A stretch of 64,000 nucleotides of DNA from an uncultured Candidatus Saccharibacteria bacterium (GTDB taxonomy: Bacteria; Patescibacteriota; Minisyncoccia; Phycocordibacterales; UBA9988), in the NCBI GenBank assembly GCA_964401135.1, contig CAYNXC010000001.1:122778-186777 (forward strand). Reading direction: 5' to 3'. Made by a program: the position numbers and the translations under genes. Shown here piece by piece: positions 45,101 to 55,150 of the stretch; positions within the stretch are counted from its first letter, which is position 1; the number at the start of each line of letters is the position of its first letter. The notes beneath the pieces were generated by a model that did no database searches, was not told the origin of the DNA, and saw only the letters and a program-made list of their open reading frames with translations.

Positions 45101-48100
45101 TATGAGCGCGAGATGGCAAACTCCTCTCCTTCAGTAAGAGTCAATACCGTAGCAGTGGCTTGCTCTAACTCCGCGCGATATTTCTCCAACAAGAGTTGCT
45201 CCTCTTTACGTGCATGGATAGTGAGAGTGATTGTCTCTTTCGGTGCGCAAGATCCACTTTTTCTGAAATCTTGTATACTCCGCACAAATTCACGGACCGT
45301 TCCCTCTTCTCGTAATACTGGAGTGATAATCGTATCTAACCACACGAGCTCCCCCATATCACGCCCTTCAAGGACTTCTTTCACATTCACCTCATCACGA
45401 ATGAGCGCGAGGTAGGCCTCCGGCACAAGCGTCTTCACCTTCATCGTAGAGAGTGGCTGGCGGATTTTTATCCCCTCGCGCTCCCTCCACTTGAGAGCCA
45501 CAGATACTAACTCACGAGTGGTCGCCATTAACTGGAGAGTGCCAGGATCTCCTCCCGAGGACACTGGCCAAAGTGCAAGGTGTACACTCTCTGGGTCACT
45601 CGTCTCACGCACTGAGAGGTAGATCTCTTCTGCCAGAAAAGGCATGAATGGCGCGATGATTTTTGAAACTTCTTTGAGTACATGCGTGAGCGTTGCAGAG
45701 ACAATGGATAGTCCCCCTTCATCTTTGAAGCGCTCGCGCGATCGGCGCAGGTACCATGTAGAAAGATCGTCGATGAAGGTGCTGATTGGCTTCGTCGCGC
45801 GATCGAGTTCGTAAGCATCCATCGCCTCTTCCACCTGCGTCTGTAACTCATCTAATCGTGCGCGTATCCACTGATCCAAGAGTACCGTGCTCTCGTGGTA
45901 GTCAGGAAGTACATGTCCTTGTGGTCTATAGAGCTCTAGGAAGGAGCGCACATTCGTGAGGCGGACGACATTTTTTCGGTATACTTCAGCAACACCTTTT
46001 TCAGAAAAATTTAGATCTTCAGCGCGGACTACAGGAGACGAGAGGAGATAGAAGCGCAACGCATCGGCTCCATAGCGCTCCATCACCTCCACAGGGTCTG
46101 GGTAGTTCTTCAGCCGCTTACTCATCTTCTGCCCATCCTCCGCAAGGATGAGACCATTCACAATAACATTGCGGTAGGGAGAGACTCCAAAGAGCCCAAC
46201 ACCGAGTACCAACATGCTATAAAACCATCCGCGCGTCTGATCCAAACCTTCTGCAATAAAGTCCGCAGGGAATCCAGTACCACGCGCAGGATCAAAAGAG
46301 CCCTGCTCCTCAAATGGGTAGTGCGCTTCAGCAAAGGGCATAGAGCCAGACTCAAACCAGCAATCAAATACTTCTGAGACGCGCGTATGTACCCCCCCAC
46401 AAGAACAGGGAAACTGGATCGCATCAATATAAGGACGATGGAGATCAATCTCTCCATCTGCATTTCGCGGTAGTCGTCGAGAGGTAGTGCGATACCACTC
46501 CCCCGTCCCTAAATGCGCCCCCTCTCCCTCGATCACCTTTCTCAACATAAAGAGCGGGAGACCGTGAGACACAACGAGGATACGCTTCCCTAAGTAGCGA
46601 GATTCCGTCTCTTGTAAGAACCCCTCCATCCGCTGAAGCACAGAGTCCCTATCTTCTCCATCGTCCGGCTTGTGCTCCCAATATGACTCCCATGTCCCCC
46701 CAGAAAAATTCCCCGGATTTAACTCTCTCAATGCTGGTACTTCAATAATTTCTTCTTGTGGGATGTCGAGTGCTACCGCAACAATACGCGTGGTCTCCTT
46801 TGTTCGATAGAAAGGAGAATGGAGTATGAGATCTGGCTTCTCTTCTTTCAGTTCCTCTGCACTTTTTTCTACTGTATGTATTCCATCAGGAGTAAGTGGG
46901 GTCACCTTCGTAGCGTCAGCAGAAACTTCTCCCGAAATATTTGCATCTATCTCTCCGTGGCGTAACAGAATGTAGGTATTGTGCAATGGGTGAGCGTCAC
47001 TTAGATCTTTCAAGGAGCCAATCACTGTCATGTCATTACAGGAGTTACAGCGCCACACCGGTAAGGGCGCGCCCCAGAAACGAGAGCGAGAAATAGCCCA
47101 ATCGCGCGCACCCTCGAGCCACTTACCAAAGCGCCCCTCCTTGATGTGTGACGGGATCCATGTGATGGCCTCGTTTGCTTTGAGCAATTCATCTTTGAAC
47201 GCGGTGACCTTCACAAACCATGATGAAGCCGCGTAGTTAAGGAGTGGCGTATCACAACGCCAGCAGTGCGGGTAGGAGTGTATAATTTTTTCTTTTGCAA
47301 AGAGAAGATTTCTTCCCACAAGATACTTGAGGATGAGGATATCTGCTGCTTGTGGATCATCCTTTGACTTTACTGGTATCCCTGCAAAATCACTCACCGC
47401 AAGGGTAAAGCGACCATCCATGCCTACATGCTGGACAAAGGGGAGCTCCTCGCGCATACCGAGCACCATATCATCCTCGCCAAAGGCAGGTGCAATGTGT
47501 ACAATACCAGTCCCATCTTCCGCGGTCACAAAGTCAGCGGCATACACAGTCCAGCCTTTCTCTCTATTTTTCAGAGTCGCATCTTCACTAAAATAGCTAA
47601 ATGGAGGAAGATACTTTTTCCCCACTAATTCAGCGCCGGATAATTCTCCGAGCACATCATACTCGCCAGTAAGAATGTGTGGTGCACGATCCTTGGAGAG
47701 GATGTAGATCTCCTCCCCTACTTTAGCTCGTATGTAAGTGAGTCCAGTTGATACCGCGAGTGCCACATTACCGGGGAGTGTCCAAGGTGTGGTCGTCCAC
47801 GCAAGTAAGAAGGTAAGATCCTCACCCACGAGGGGGAACTTTACTGTAACAGAGATATCGGTCACATCCTTGTAGCCTTGGTTCACTTCAAAGTTAGCAA
47901 GCGTTGTCTCACAGCGAGGGCAGATGTGCATTGGCTTATAACCCTCGTAGATGAGCCCCTTGTCATAGAGTGTTTTGAAAGCCCACCAGACGCTCTCGGT
48001 ATAAGAGGGATCCATGGTGCGATAGTCGTGCACCATATCAACAAAACGCCCAAAGCGCGGGATGATCTCCTTCCACTCCTCGGTGTAGCGGAGTACGCTC

Positions 48101-48426
48101 TTTTTTGCGGCATCATTAAACTTCTCAATACCATACGCTTCAATATCTTTTTTTGTTTTGAGGTCAAGCTCCTTCTCTACCACATTTTCTACCGGGAGAC
48201 CGTGACAGTCCCAGCCCCAACGGCGGCGGAGCTTCTCACCCAGCATCACGCGGTAGCGCGGAACCGCATCTTTGATGGCGCTTGCTAAGAGATGTCCGTA
48301 GTGTGGAAGGCCTGTCGCAAAAGGAGGGCCATCGTAAAAGATAAAGGGTTTGTCCCCGCGATTTTCAGTCTTGGCAAAAATATCCTTCTCCTTCCAAAAT
48401 TGTAGAATCTTTTTCTCGTAGTCCAT
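45100..48426 (-). CDS. ileS: isoleucine--tRNA ligase with inserted histidine-phosphatase domain
   Basis: DGPPFATGLPHYGH, WTTTPWT, DWAISRSRFWG and KMSKR. The insert carries LLRHGE...VSHG. Confidence 0.95.
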   Translation of the reverse strand: MDYEKKILQFWKEKDIFAKTENRGDKPFIFYDGPPFATGLPHYGHLLASAIKDAVPRYRVMLGEKLRRRWGWDCHGLPVENVVEKELDLKTKKDIEAYGIEKFNDAAKKSVLRYTEEWKEIIPRFGRFVDMVHDYRTMDPSYTESVWWAFKTLYDKGLIYEGYKPMHICPRCETTLANFEVNQGYKDVTDISVTVKFPLVGEDLTFLLAWTTTPWTLPGNVALAVSTGLTYIRAKVGEEIYILSKDRAPHILTGEYDVLGELSGAELVGKKYLPPFSYFSEDATLKNREKGWTVYAADFVTAEDGTGIVHIAPAFGEDDMVLGMREELPFVQHVGMDGRFTLAVSDFAGIPVKSKDDPQAADILILKYLVGRNLLFAKEKIIHSYPHCWRCDTPLLNYAASSWFVKVTAFKDELLKANEAITWIPSHIKEGRFGKWLEGARDWAISRSRFWGAPLPVWRCNSCNDMTVIGSLKDLSDAHPLHNTYILLRHGEIDANISGEVSADATKVTPLTPDGIHTVEKSAEELKEEKPDLILHSPFYRTKETTRIVAVALDIPQEEIIEVPALRELNPGNFSGGTWESYWEHKPDDGEDRDSVLQRMEGFLQETESRYLGKRILVVSHGLPLFMLRKVIEGEGAHLGTGEWYRTTSRRLPRNADGEIDLHRPYIDAIQFPCSCGGVHTRVSEVFDCWFESGSMPFAEAHYPFEEQGSFDPARGTGFPADFIAEGLDQTRGWFYSMLVLGVGLFGVSPYRNVIVNGLILAEDGQKMSKRLKNYPDPVEVMERYGADALRFYLLSSPVVRAEDLNFSEKGVAEVYRKNVVRLTNVRSFLELYRPQGHVLPDYHESTVLLDQWIRARLDELQTQVEEAMDAYELDRATKPISTFIDDLSTWYLRRSRERFKDEGGLSIVSATLTHVLKEVSKIIAPFMPFLAEEIYLSVRETSDPESVHLALWPVSSGGDPGTLQLMATTRELVSVALKWREREGIKIRQPLSTMKVKTLVPEAYLALIRDEVNVKEVLEGRDMGELVWLDTIITPVLREEGTVREFVRSIQDFRKSGSCAPKETITLTIHARKEEQLLLEKYRAELEQATATVLTLTEGEEFAISRS

Positions 48427-48431
48427 ACCTG

Positions 48432-50093
48432 TTACATCCTATCTGGAGCAGACATACCGAGCAAGGTAAGCGTGCGTGCGAGTACTCTACGAGTAGCTGA
48501 GGTGAGTGCTACACGGTAGGCCTCCGCCTCTGAGCCAACAATGCGATTACCTGCGTAGTATGCGTTAAATGCTCCCGCGAGCTCATTTGCGTACGAGACC
48601 AAACGTTGCGGAGCCAGTTCCGTGACGGCGCGTCCTGCCTCCTCGGGGAAGTGAAAAATAAGCCGCTCAAGAACACCCGGCACTTCTGGGCTGTGTACGC
48701 TTGCCGCCACATTGGATTGTGAGAGTACATTGGCCGCACGTGCATGTGTGTACTGGAGGTAAGGACCAGAGTCGCCGGTAAATGAAATAGATTTATCACT
48801 ATCAAAAACAATGTCCCTCCCTATCCCCTGCTTGAGTATTGAGTATTTGAGTGCGGCAACAGAAATAAGATCGAGTGATCCACTTGCCTCCTTTCTCTCT
48901 CCTGCAGAAGCAATACGGATACGAATCTTTTCCCGTACCTCATCTATAAGCCGCTCGGCGGTGAGCACATATCCGGTACGGGAAGACATTTTACCAGACG
49001 GGAGGCGCAGCATCCCGTGCGGGATATGTTTTTGTCTTGCAGCAAGCTCGGGGAAGATTTCTCCCATTGCGACAATGAGCACTTTAAAGTACTCACTAAC
49101 CTCATTCCCCGTCACTACGACCGAGAGATCGTGGGGGTAGCGCTCGTACTTGATCTGCGCGAGACCGAGCTCCTTTGCCTCGTAGGTGGGGAGGCCTTCT
49201 GTATTGAGAAAGACGCGTGTGTGGAACCCCTTTTTTTCACCACGGTAAATGATTGCGCCATCGCTCTCTTCAAATACATCACCCGTATGCTCGCGCACAA
49301 TTTTCTTGCCAAATTCACCCGTCTCGCTCTCGAAGAAATAGTAATCAAAGTGAGTGCCAAGCATTGCGTAGATCGTCTCAAAATATTCTAGAGAGATCCT
49401 TCTCCCCATATCGTAGAGAGTATTTATTTCTGAGTCACTGCGCTCGTATACTTTTTTATTTATCTCCTGAATCTCTCTCTTTGCTTGTTCATCTGACTCG
49501 TAAGATATCGCCCCTAATGTATACGCCTCACCGAGCACAGCGATCGAGCTGGCTCCAACTCCTTTTTTTTGCATACCCCACAATGCCTTTGCCACATGAA
49601 GGCCGATATCGCCCTGATAGTTGGACCGCTTCACCTCTGCCCCACCCCACTCGATAAGTCGTGAGAGAGATTCGCCAATGGTATTACTCATTAAGTGGCC
49701 AATGTGGAAGAGTTTGAAAGGGTTGGGATCAGTGTACTCAATAATCACTTTTTTATCTGCGTAGGCAAGGCTCTTACCGTAGTCTGGATTAGTAGACGCC
49801 TCGGTAATGGCGCGATGGAAAACTTCGTAGCTTAGGAAAAAGTTTATGAATCCTGCCCCAGCAACTTCTATCCGCTCTATCCCCTGTATTTTTGTTTTAG
49901 AGAGTTCAGCAGTAATTCCCTCCGCATGCTCTCGTACTGATGCACCCGTCTTTTTGGCAAGCAAGAAAGCTACATTACACGCATAATCTCCCCTTCCCTC
50001 TCCTCCCCACTCAACAGTAAAGGGGGACTCTGGAAGTCCGAGAGCTCTACAGACACTCTGTACCGCGTCAGCAATCTCATTCTGCACTATCAC
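48432..50093 (-). CDS. argS: arginine--tRNA ligase
   Basis: GAGFINF, PNPFKLFHIGH, KMSSRTG, GPYLQYTHAR and C-terminal PDRM. Confidence 0.96.
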   Translation of the reverse strand: MIVQNEIADAVQSVCRALGLPESPFTVEWGGEGRGDYACNVAFLLAKKTGASVREHAEGITAELSKTKIQGIERIEVAGAGFINFFLSYEVFHRAITEASTNPDYGKSLAYADKKVIIEYTDPNPFKLFHIGHLMSNTIGESLSRLIEWGGAEVKRSNYQGDIGLHVAKALWGMQKKGVGASSIAVLGEAYTLGAISYESDEQAKREIQEINKKVYERSDSEINTLYDMGRRISLEYFETIYAMLGTHFDYYFFESETGEFGKKIVREHTGDVFEESDGAIIYRGEKKGFHTRVFLNTEGLPTYEAKELGLAQIKYERYPHDLSVVVTGNEVSEYFKVLIVAMGEIFPELAARQKHIPHGMLRLPSGKMSSRTGYVLTAERLIDEVREKIRIRIASAGERKEASGSLDLISVAALKYSILKQGIGRDIVFDSDKSISFTGDSGPYLQYTHARAANVLSQSNVAASVHSPEVPGVLERLIFHFPEEAGRAVTELAPQRLVSYANELAGAFNAYYAGNRIVGSEAEAYRVALTSATRRVLARTLTLLGMSAPDRM

Positions 50094-50118
50094 GCCATTC
50101 TAGCAGAAATCCTTCACT

Positions 50119-50148
50119 AAAAAAGCCCGCCGTGAGGCGGGCTTTTTT
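50119..50148. terminator. bidirectional intrinsic terminator
   Basis: aaaaaagcccgcc-gtga-ggcgggctttttt. Confidence 0.85.
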
Positions 50149-50166
50149 GAGCTAGGTGGTACTAGG

Positions 50167-50607
50167 TTATGGGAAAGGGACTGAGTCGGTTCTCCATGTA
50201 GAGCCAAAGCTGGTTCCAGTAGGGTGACCTCCCTCCCGCGCAGTCCACGAAGCATGGATCAGTCCTACGGCAACAGTATCCTGATTGGGGAGTGCATTCA
50301 TTCCGTCTTCCCGTCTGCTGATAAAAACAAATGTAACGGGGATGATGACCTCTGTATTTTCAGATAAGATGAAACTATTGTCTAATCCTGTAGTAATCAC
50401 TCCTGTGGGAACAGCAAAGTCGGTCGAGGAAGCTACATGAAGCACTCTCGAGGAGCCATAAACACTACGAAGATAAGTAAACCAAGCTGTACGAGGGAAC
50501 ATCGGTGTTTTTGAAGCGACTGTACCAAAAACGATGTCTCCACCAACAGCTCTTACTTTTACAGTAAACGATTGAGTACCTGCATAGCAGAACTCTTCCA
50601 CGCCCAT
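50167..50607 (-). CDS. hypothetical protein (possibly frameshifted at the 5' end)
   Basis: 146-aa beta-rich ORF. A stronger SD plus ATG at 50636 is out of frame with it. Confidence 0.5.
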   Translation of the reverse strand: MGVEEFCYAGTQSFTVKVRAVGGDIVFGTVASKTPMFPRTAWFTYLRSVYGSSRVLHVASSTDFAVPTGVITTGLDNSFILSENTEVIIPVTFVFISRREDGMNALPNQDTVAVGLIHASWTAREGGHPTGTSFGSTWRTDSVPFP

Positions 50608-50708
50608 TCGTTACCCTCTATAGCGATTAGAGACATCTCTGCACTCCTTTCTTGTAAGAGTTCATTTCTAGCGGGCAGTATGATGAGATAAGTACCAATG
50701 GACAAGGG

Positions 50709-51134
50709 CTAAGTACCGGTACTGCCAAAGCCTCTATCTCCTCGTGGGCTATCCTTGAGAGAGGCCGCCTCACAGATCTCAACCCGCGCAACTGGCTGGA
50801 TCAGTACTTGCGCTACTTTTTCGCCTTTTTTGAACAGATAATCTTTGTCACCGAGGTTTACCACACCAACAAGGTACTCTCCACGGTACCCGGCATCGAT
50901 GACTCCACCAATTGTAGTAATACCTGCTTTGAAAGCAATTCCGCTCTTATCCCACACGAGTGAGACATAGCCATCGGGCAATTCCATTGCAATGCCGGTA
51001 GGAACAGTGGTCCGCTTTCCCTTGCGGACGAGGGTATCTTCTACAGCATAAACATCCATTCCCGCATCCCAAGGATATGCGTATGATGGCAACATAGCAT
51101 CTGACTGTAACTTTTTTACTTGAACCTGAAGCAT
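50709..51134 (-). CDS. dut: dUTP diphosphatase
   Basis: AGMDV, DKSG, GVIDAGYRGE, AQVL and RGDRGFGSTG. Confidence 0.96.
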   Translation of the reverse strand: MLQVQVKKLQSDAMLPSYAYPWDAGMDVYAVEDTLVRKGKRTTVPTGIAMELPDGYVSLVWDKSGIAFKAGITTIGGVIDAGYRGEYLVGVVNLGDKDYLFKKGEKVAQVLIQPVARVEICEAASLKDSPRGDRGFGSTGT

Positions 51135-51209
51135 ATTCATGAGTATAGCAAAAATTGCTAGTCTGCAGACAGACAAGAACATTCACAATAAAGAGAAAAA
51201 GGAGGCGGA

Positions 51210-51413
51210 ATGTCTAATAGAAATCTTACGGCACTGATACATCTCGTTGAATTACGCTCTACCAGCGCGGTACTCCCCACGCTCCAACGCCGTGGCTTAC
51301 AGATGGGACATACGCTCTCCTGTCTCCTTTCTGATTACGAGTTCAAGCTCTACTGTGATGAACAGCCATTTGAGCGCTTTGACCCCAATCGCGGGAAGCA
51401 AGATATTGCTTAA
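51210..51413 (+). CDS. small hypothetical protein
   Basis: 67-aa ORF with SD AAAGGAGG and a downstream terminator. Confidence 0.55.
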   Translation: MSNRNLTALIHLVELRSTSAVLPTLQRRGLQMGHTLSCLLSDYEFKLYCDEQPFERFDPNRGKQDIA

Positions 51414-51445
51414 AGAGAACTTGCAGTCCTCTGAAGTAAAAAAAT

Positions 51446-51480
51446 AACCCCTCATTCGCTCGTGGCGAATGAGGGGTTTT
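51446..51480. terminator. bidirectional intrinsic terminator
   Basis: aacccctcattcgc-tcgtg-gcgaatgaggggtttt. Confidence 0.8.
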
Positions 51481-51481
51481 C

Positions 51482-52573
51482 TTATGCGAAGTGCTTTGAT
51501 AGTCTTGCGATATTCTGAGAACGGTAGTGTGAGGTTCCAAGTTGATCATAGTGCTCATCGGGTGGCTCCGCCATCCGCTCAAAGCGTACCTTTGCAAAGG
51601 CCTGGCCTTTTCGGATAACCAAATCCTCATAAGGTCTCACCTCAAGCGTGATAGGTCTCCCCTTCCCCTTGCCGCTCTTCCCATAGCCCCAACCAGCATC
51701 TATGTATCCAGCGTAATGAGAACGAAATTCTCCATTTCGCGAGTCCATATCTACCACCTCACACGAGAGATGAGGAGGAACACAGACATACTCATGAGTA
51801 GAGAGCACATAGAATTCTCCACAGCGCAGTCGCAACATCTCCCCATCAGAGTACAGGCGCTCAAAGTAATCGAGCCGACGATAGTTACGACAAGAAAAGT
51901 TAAGCACTCTGGACGGTCTCCGGCACCGGTAGCCAACAAAACCTTTTTTGAGCGACAGAGTAAGGAGTACGGATCCATCAGTATCCGTAATAGAGAGGTC
52001 CGAGTACTTAAGCACGGTACCTTCAGGAGAGAAGATGAGTGAGGTACGCTCCATTTCAATCTGGAGCTCCAGCTCTGAAAATCGCGTATTTGCGGTAAAG
52101 AGCCGCAACTGCGCAATCCGTTCTCCTACTGGGATAATAATTGGGTACGATTTTGGTGTAATGGCCGCCCAGAGTGTTGCCGAGTGGCCTGGTGGAGTCA
52201 CAGCATCAAAACGGGGGACCCCATCCGCCAAGACACGGACATGGACATCGTTCCTCCCTGTGCTCGACTTTGGGTTACAGTACCCGTATACCCCATGAGG
52301 CAGAACTACACTCTCTCTGAGCCGCGCAAAATATGAGACACCAACCTCCATGACTTGATGCAAATCATGTAGCGTTGAACCAGCACAAGCGAGTGAATCT
52401 TCTACTCGCTCATTCACACGAGGTTGGACAATCCCTTCTACGCGCCAACATTGGCCCGAGAGCGACAGATCTACTGACGATGGGTTTACCTGCTCATCTA
52501 ACGCTCCACGGATGTGTCCCGTATGGATAAACGACTGTAACATCTGTTGTGGAAGTACTCCGGCATGCTTCAT
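51482..52573 (-). CDS. dcd: dCTP deaminase (long two-domain form)
   Basis: NPSSVDL, NPKSSTGRND, FRSHYAGYIDAGWG and LEVRP. Confidence 0.9.
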   Translation of the reverse strand: MKHAGVLPQQMLQSFIHTGHIRGALDEQVNPSSVDLSLSGQCWRVEGIVQPRVNERVEDSLACAGSTLHDLHQVMEVGVSYFARLRESVVLPHGVYGYCNPKSSTGRNDVHVRVLADGVPRFDAVTPPGHSATLWAAITPKSYPIIIPVGERIAQLRLFTANTRFSELELQIEMERTSLIFSPEGTVLKYSDLSITDTDGSVLLTLSLKKGFVGYRCRRPSRVLNFSCRNYRRLDYFERLYSDGEMLRLRCGEFYVLSTHEYVCVPPHLSCEVVDMDSRNGEFRSHYAGYIDAGWGYGKSGKGKGRPITLEVRPYEDLVIRKGQAFAKVRFERMAEPPDEHYDQLGTSHYRSQNIARLSKHFA

Positions 52574-52624
52574 CTCTATCCTCCTCTTCTCAAAGATCTA
52601 TATATTGCTCCTGTAGTAGTACAG

Positions 52625-52657
52625 AAAAACCCCGCCCTTTGCAAGGGCTGGGTTTTT
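52625..52657. terminator. intrinsic terminator after rplK
   Basis: aaaaaccccgccctt-tgc-aagggctgggttttt. Confidence 0.75.
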
Positions 52658-52691
52658 AATCCTTTGATCCTTATTACTTGTTCCTTGGTAC

Positions 52692-53117
52692 TTATTTGAT
52701 CACCTCTACTCCCATAGAGCGTGCGGTGCCCTCTACCATACGCATTGCCCCTTCTATATCTGCAGCGTTGAGATCTACCATCTTCTTCTCGGCAATCTCC
52801 TTTACCTGCACCTTGGTGATCTTACCCACCTTCTGTGTTCCCGCTTTGCCCGCCCCCTTATCTAGCTTGGCAGCTTTTAAAATAAACTGCGGGACGGGGG
52901 AAGATTTGAGGATAAAATCAAAGCTCCGGTCATCGTAAATACTCACAATCACCGGGACGATGTCTCCTGCCATCTGTGCGGTTGCCGCGTTGAATTTACT
53001 CACAAAATCACCGATGTTGATGCCAGCGGGTCCGAGAGCAGTACCTACTGGAGGAGCCGGAGTCGCCTTCCCTGCGGGGATCTGAAGCTTTATCTCTTTG
53101 GTCACTTTCTTAGCCAT
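52692..53117 (-). CDS. rplK: 50S ribosomal protein L11
   Basis: [20 protein letters not shown] and GTARSMG. Confidence 0.97.
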   Translation of the reverse strand: MAKKVTKEIKLQIPAGKATPAPPVGTALGPAGINIGDFVSKFNAATAQMAGDIVPVIVSIYDDRSFDFILKSSPVPQFILKAAKLDKGAGKAGTQKVGKITKVQVKEIAEKKMVDLNAADIEGAMRMVEGTARSMGVEVIK

Positions 53118-53133
53118 GACGCTTTGTTTTACC

Positions 53134-53709
53134 TTAAATTCTCTTAACTTGCAAGAAATCTAGTTCCAAGGGGGTCTCGCGGCCAAACATAGAAACGAGA
53201 ACTTTAACTTTACCACGATCTGTATCTACCTCTGCCACCTTACCCTCAAAGTCTTTGAAGGGACCGTCTACAATTTGTACTGACTCACCTGTCGCTAGCT
53301 CTATGGTGTGCTTCACCGTCTCGTCTCCCATGCGAGAGAAGAGCTCGGCAACCTCCTGCTCATTCAATGGCACCGGAATGACACCCGAGCCAACGAATCC
53401 AGTCACACGAGGCGTGTTGCGAACCACATACCAACTCTCTGGATCGTAGACCATCTCCACAAGCACATAGCCGGGGTAAATTTTCTCTTCTACCGTGATA
53501 CGCTTACCACCTTTCACCTTCACAATCTTTTCAATCGGCACCATCACATTAAAAATCTTCCCTTCCATCCCGAGAGACTCTATACGCTGTTTGAGATTCC
53601 TAAGCACTGTATTCTCGTAGCCAGAGTAGGTATGAATAGCATACCAGCGTTTATCGCCGGATGGAGCCATCTCAAGGAGCGAGGCTGGTTGTGGAGCGTC
53701 AGATTCCAT
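53134..53709 (-). CDS. nusG: transcription antitermination factor NusG
   Basis: [31 protein letters not shown] and FGRETP. Confidence 0.97.
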   Translation of the reverse strand: MESDAPQPASLLEMAPSGDKRWYAIHTYSGYENTVLRNLKQRIESLGMEGKIFNVMVPIEKIVKVKGGKRITVEEKIYPGYVLVEMVYDPESWYVVRNTPRVTGFVGSGVIPVPLNEQEVAELFSRMGDETVKHTIELATGESVQIVDGPFKDFEGKVAEVDTDRGKVKVLVSMFGRETPLELDFLQVKRI

Positions 53710-53714
53710 ATATA

Positions 53715-53894
53715 TTACACGATGAGTGCGCCAATAAGGTAGGTAAAGATGAGGTCAAAGAGTGCAAGAAAGAGTGATATGCCCGCAGAAAAAATAATCA
53801 CCGTCAGGGTAAAGTTGACTGCCTGATTGCGCGTAGGCCAATTGACATGGTTGAGCTCGCGCTTGGTCTCTTCAAGATATGTTCCAATACTCAT
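53715..53894 (-). CDS. secE: preprotein translocase subunit SecE
   Basis: Read by hand: MSIGTYLEETKRELNHVNWPTRNQAVNFTLTVIIFS...FD..., directly upstream of nusG. Confidence 0.93.
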   Translation of the reverse strand: MSIGTYLEETKRELNHVNWPTRNQAVNFTLTVIIFSAGISLFLALFDLIFTYLIGALIV

Positions 53895-53994
53895 ATATGT
53901 AGTCTAAATAAAAACGCCCCGCAGGGCAACCTGCCTATCGTAGGCAGGCCCTCAGAATACACCCGCAGGACATCCTTTGTCAAGTTGTTAGACT

Positions 53995-54837
53995 TTACGA
54001 GCGTTTGCCTACTTTGCGGCGAGAGACGATAAAGAGGTTTGAGTACTTCTTAGGGCGGCGAGTCTTTTGGCCCTTGCCGGTCGGCCTACCCCATGCACTC
54101 TTAGCTCGGCGCAATCCCCTGCCTTGACGCCCTTCACCACCTCCATGTGGGTGATCAACAGGGTTCATAGCACTACCGCGCACAGTTGGACGGATACCCA
54201 TCCAGCGAGAACGGCCTGCCTTCCCGATCTTTACCAATTTATATTCCTCGTTAGAAACGGCACCAATACTTGCCCACGCATTCTCATCAATGCGGTGCAC
54301 CTCCGTTGAGGGTAATTTCACATTCACATAGCCTGCGTTTGAGCCCAACACCTCCGCAAAGCTCCCTGCCGATCGCACCAACTTAGCTCCCCCTCTCGGC
54401 TTCATCTCAATGTTATATATAAATGTTCCCGCAGGGATGCGCTTTAAGGGTACACGATTTCCCACCTTCAAGTCCGCTTTTTCAGACACAATAAAGTTGT
54501 CCCCCGCCTTCATACTCTGCGGGATGAGCACATAGCGTCGTTCACCATCACGGTAGAGTGCTACGCCAATAAAGCCCGAGCGATTTGGATCGTATTCAAC
54601 AGATCTGAGCGTAGCGGGAATGTTGTACTTGTTATAACTAAAATCAACTGCACGGTAGAGTCGCTTATGTCCGCCTCCCTTATGGCGCACAGTAACTCGT
54701 CCATCAGCATTCCTCCCCACATGGCGCTTAGCCCCTGTCGTCAAAGACTTAAGTGGTTCTGCATGTGTAAGCACACCCTTGTAGGTGACTGTGCTCATGT
54801 TGCGGCGCGATGGCGTTGTTGCATGGTATGTTTTCAT
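53995..54837 (-). CDS. rplB: 50S ribosomal protein L2
   Basis: RHKGGGHK, EYDPNRS and RPTVRGSAMNPVDHPHGGGEG. Confidence 0.98.
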   Translation of the reverse strand: MKTYHATTPSRRNMSTVTYKGVLTHAEPLKSLTTGAKRHVGRNADGRVTVRHKGGGHKRLYRAVDFSYNKYNIPATLRSVEYDPNRSGFIGVALYRDGERRYVLIPQSMKAGDNFIVSEKADLKVGNRVPLKRIPAGTFIYNIEMKPRGGAKLVRSAGSFAEVLGSNAGYVNVKLPSTEVHRIDENAWASIGAVSNEEYKLVKIGKAGRSRWMGIRPTVRGSAMNPVDHPHGGGEGRQGRGLRRAKSAWGRPTGKGQKTRRPKKYSNLFIVSRRKVGKRS

Positions 54838-54846
54838 ACAGTGTGG

Positions 54847-55149
54847 CTATCCTAATTCAATCGTCTCTCCTTTCTTTAAAAAGACAATTGCTTTTTTAAA
54901 TCCTGCTCGAACGCCACGGATACCACGGCGACCCACGCGGCGTTTGGATGGTACAGAAATAACATTCACCTTCACCGGACTGACTTTATAAAGCTCCTTC
55001 ACGGTACGGAGAATATCACTCTTGGTTGCGCGAGCTGATGCAATAAAGACATAAGCTCCCTTCTCTGCGAGTCCTGCTGCGCGCTCGGAAACATGAGGCT
55101 TAATGAGAGTCGTGGCGCTACGCTTCGTATTGTGTGCAATAGATGACAT
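54847..55149 (-). CDS. rplW: 50S ribosomal protein L23
   Basis: PHVSERA, ATKSDI and FKKAIVFL. Confidence 0.93.
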   Translation of the reverse strand: MSSIAHNTKRSATTLIKPHVSERAAGLAEKGAYVFIASARATKSDILRTVKELYKVSPVKVNVISVPSKRRVGRRGIRGVRAGFKKAIVFLKKGETIELG

Positions 55150-55150
55150 A

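Noticed and set aside
51200-51480. Possible tmRNA
   Set aside because: No tRNA-like ends or tag ending in a typical ALA-type motif. An SD-led small ORF plus terminator fits better.
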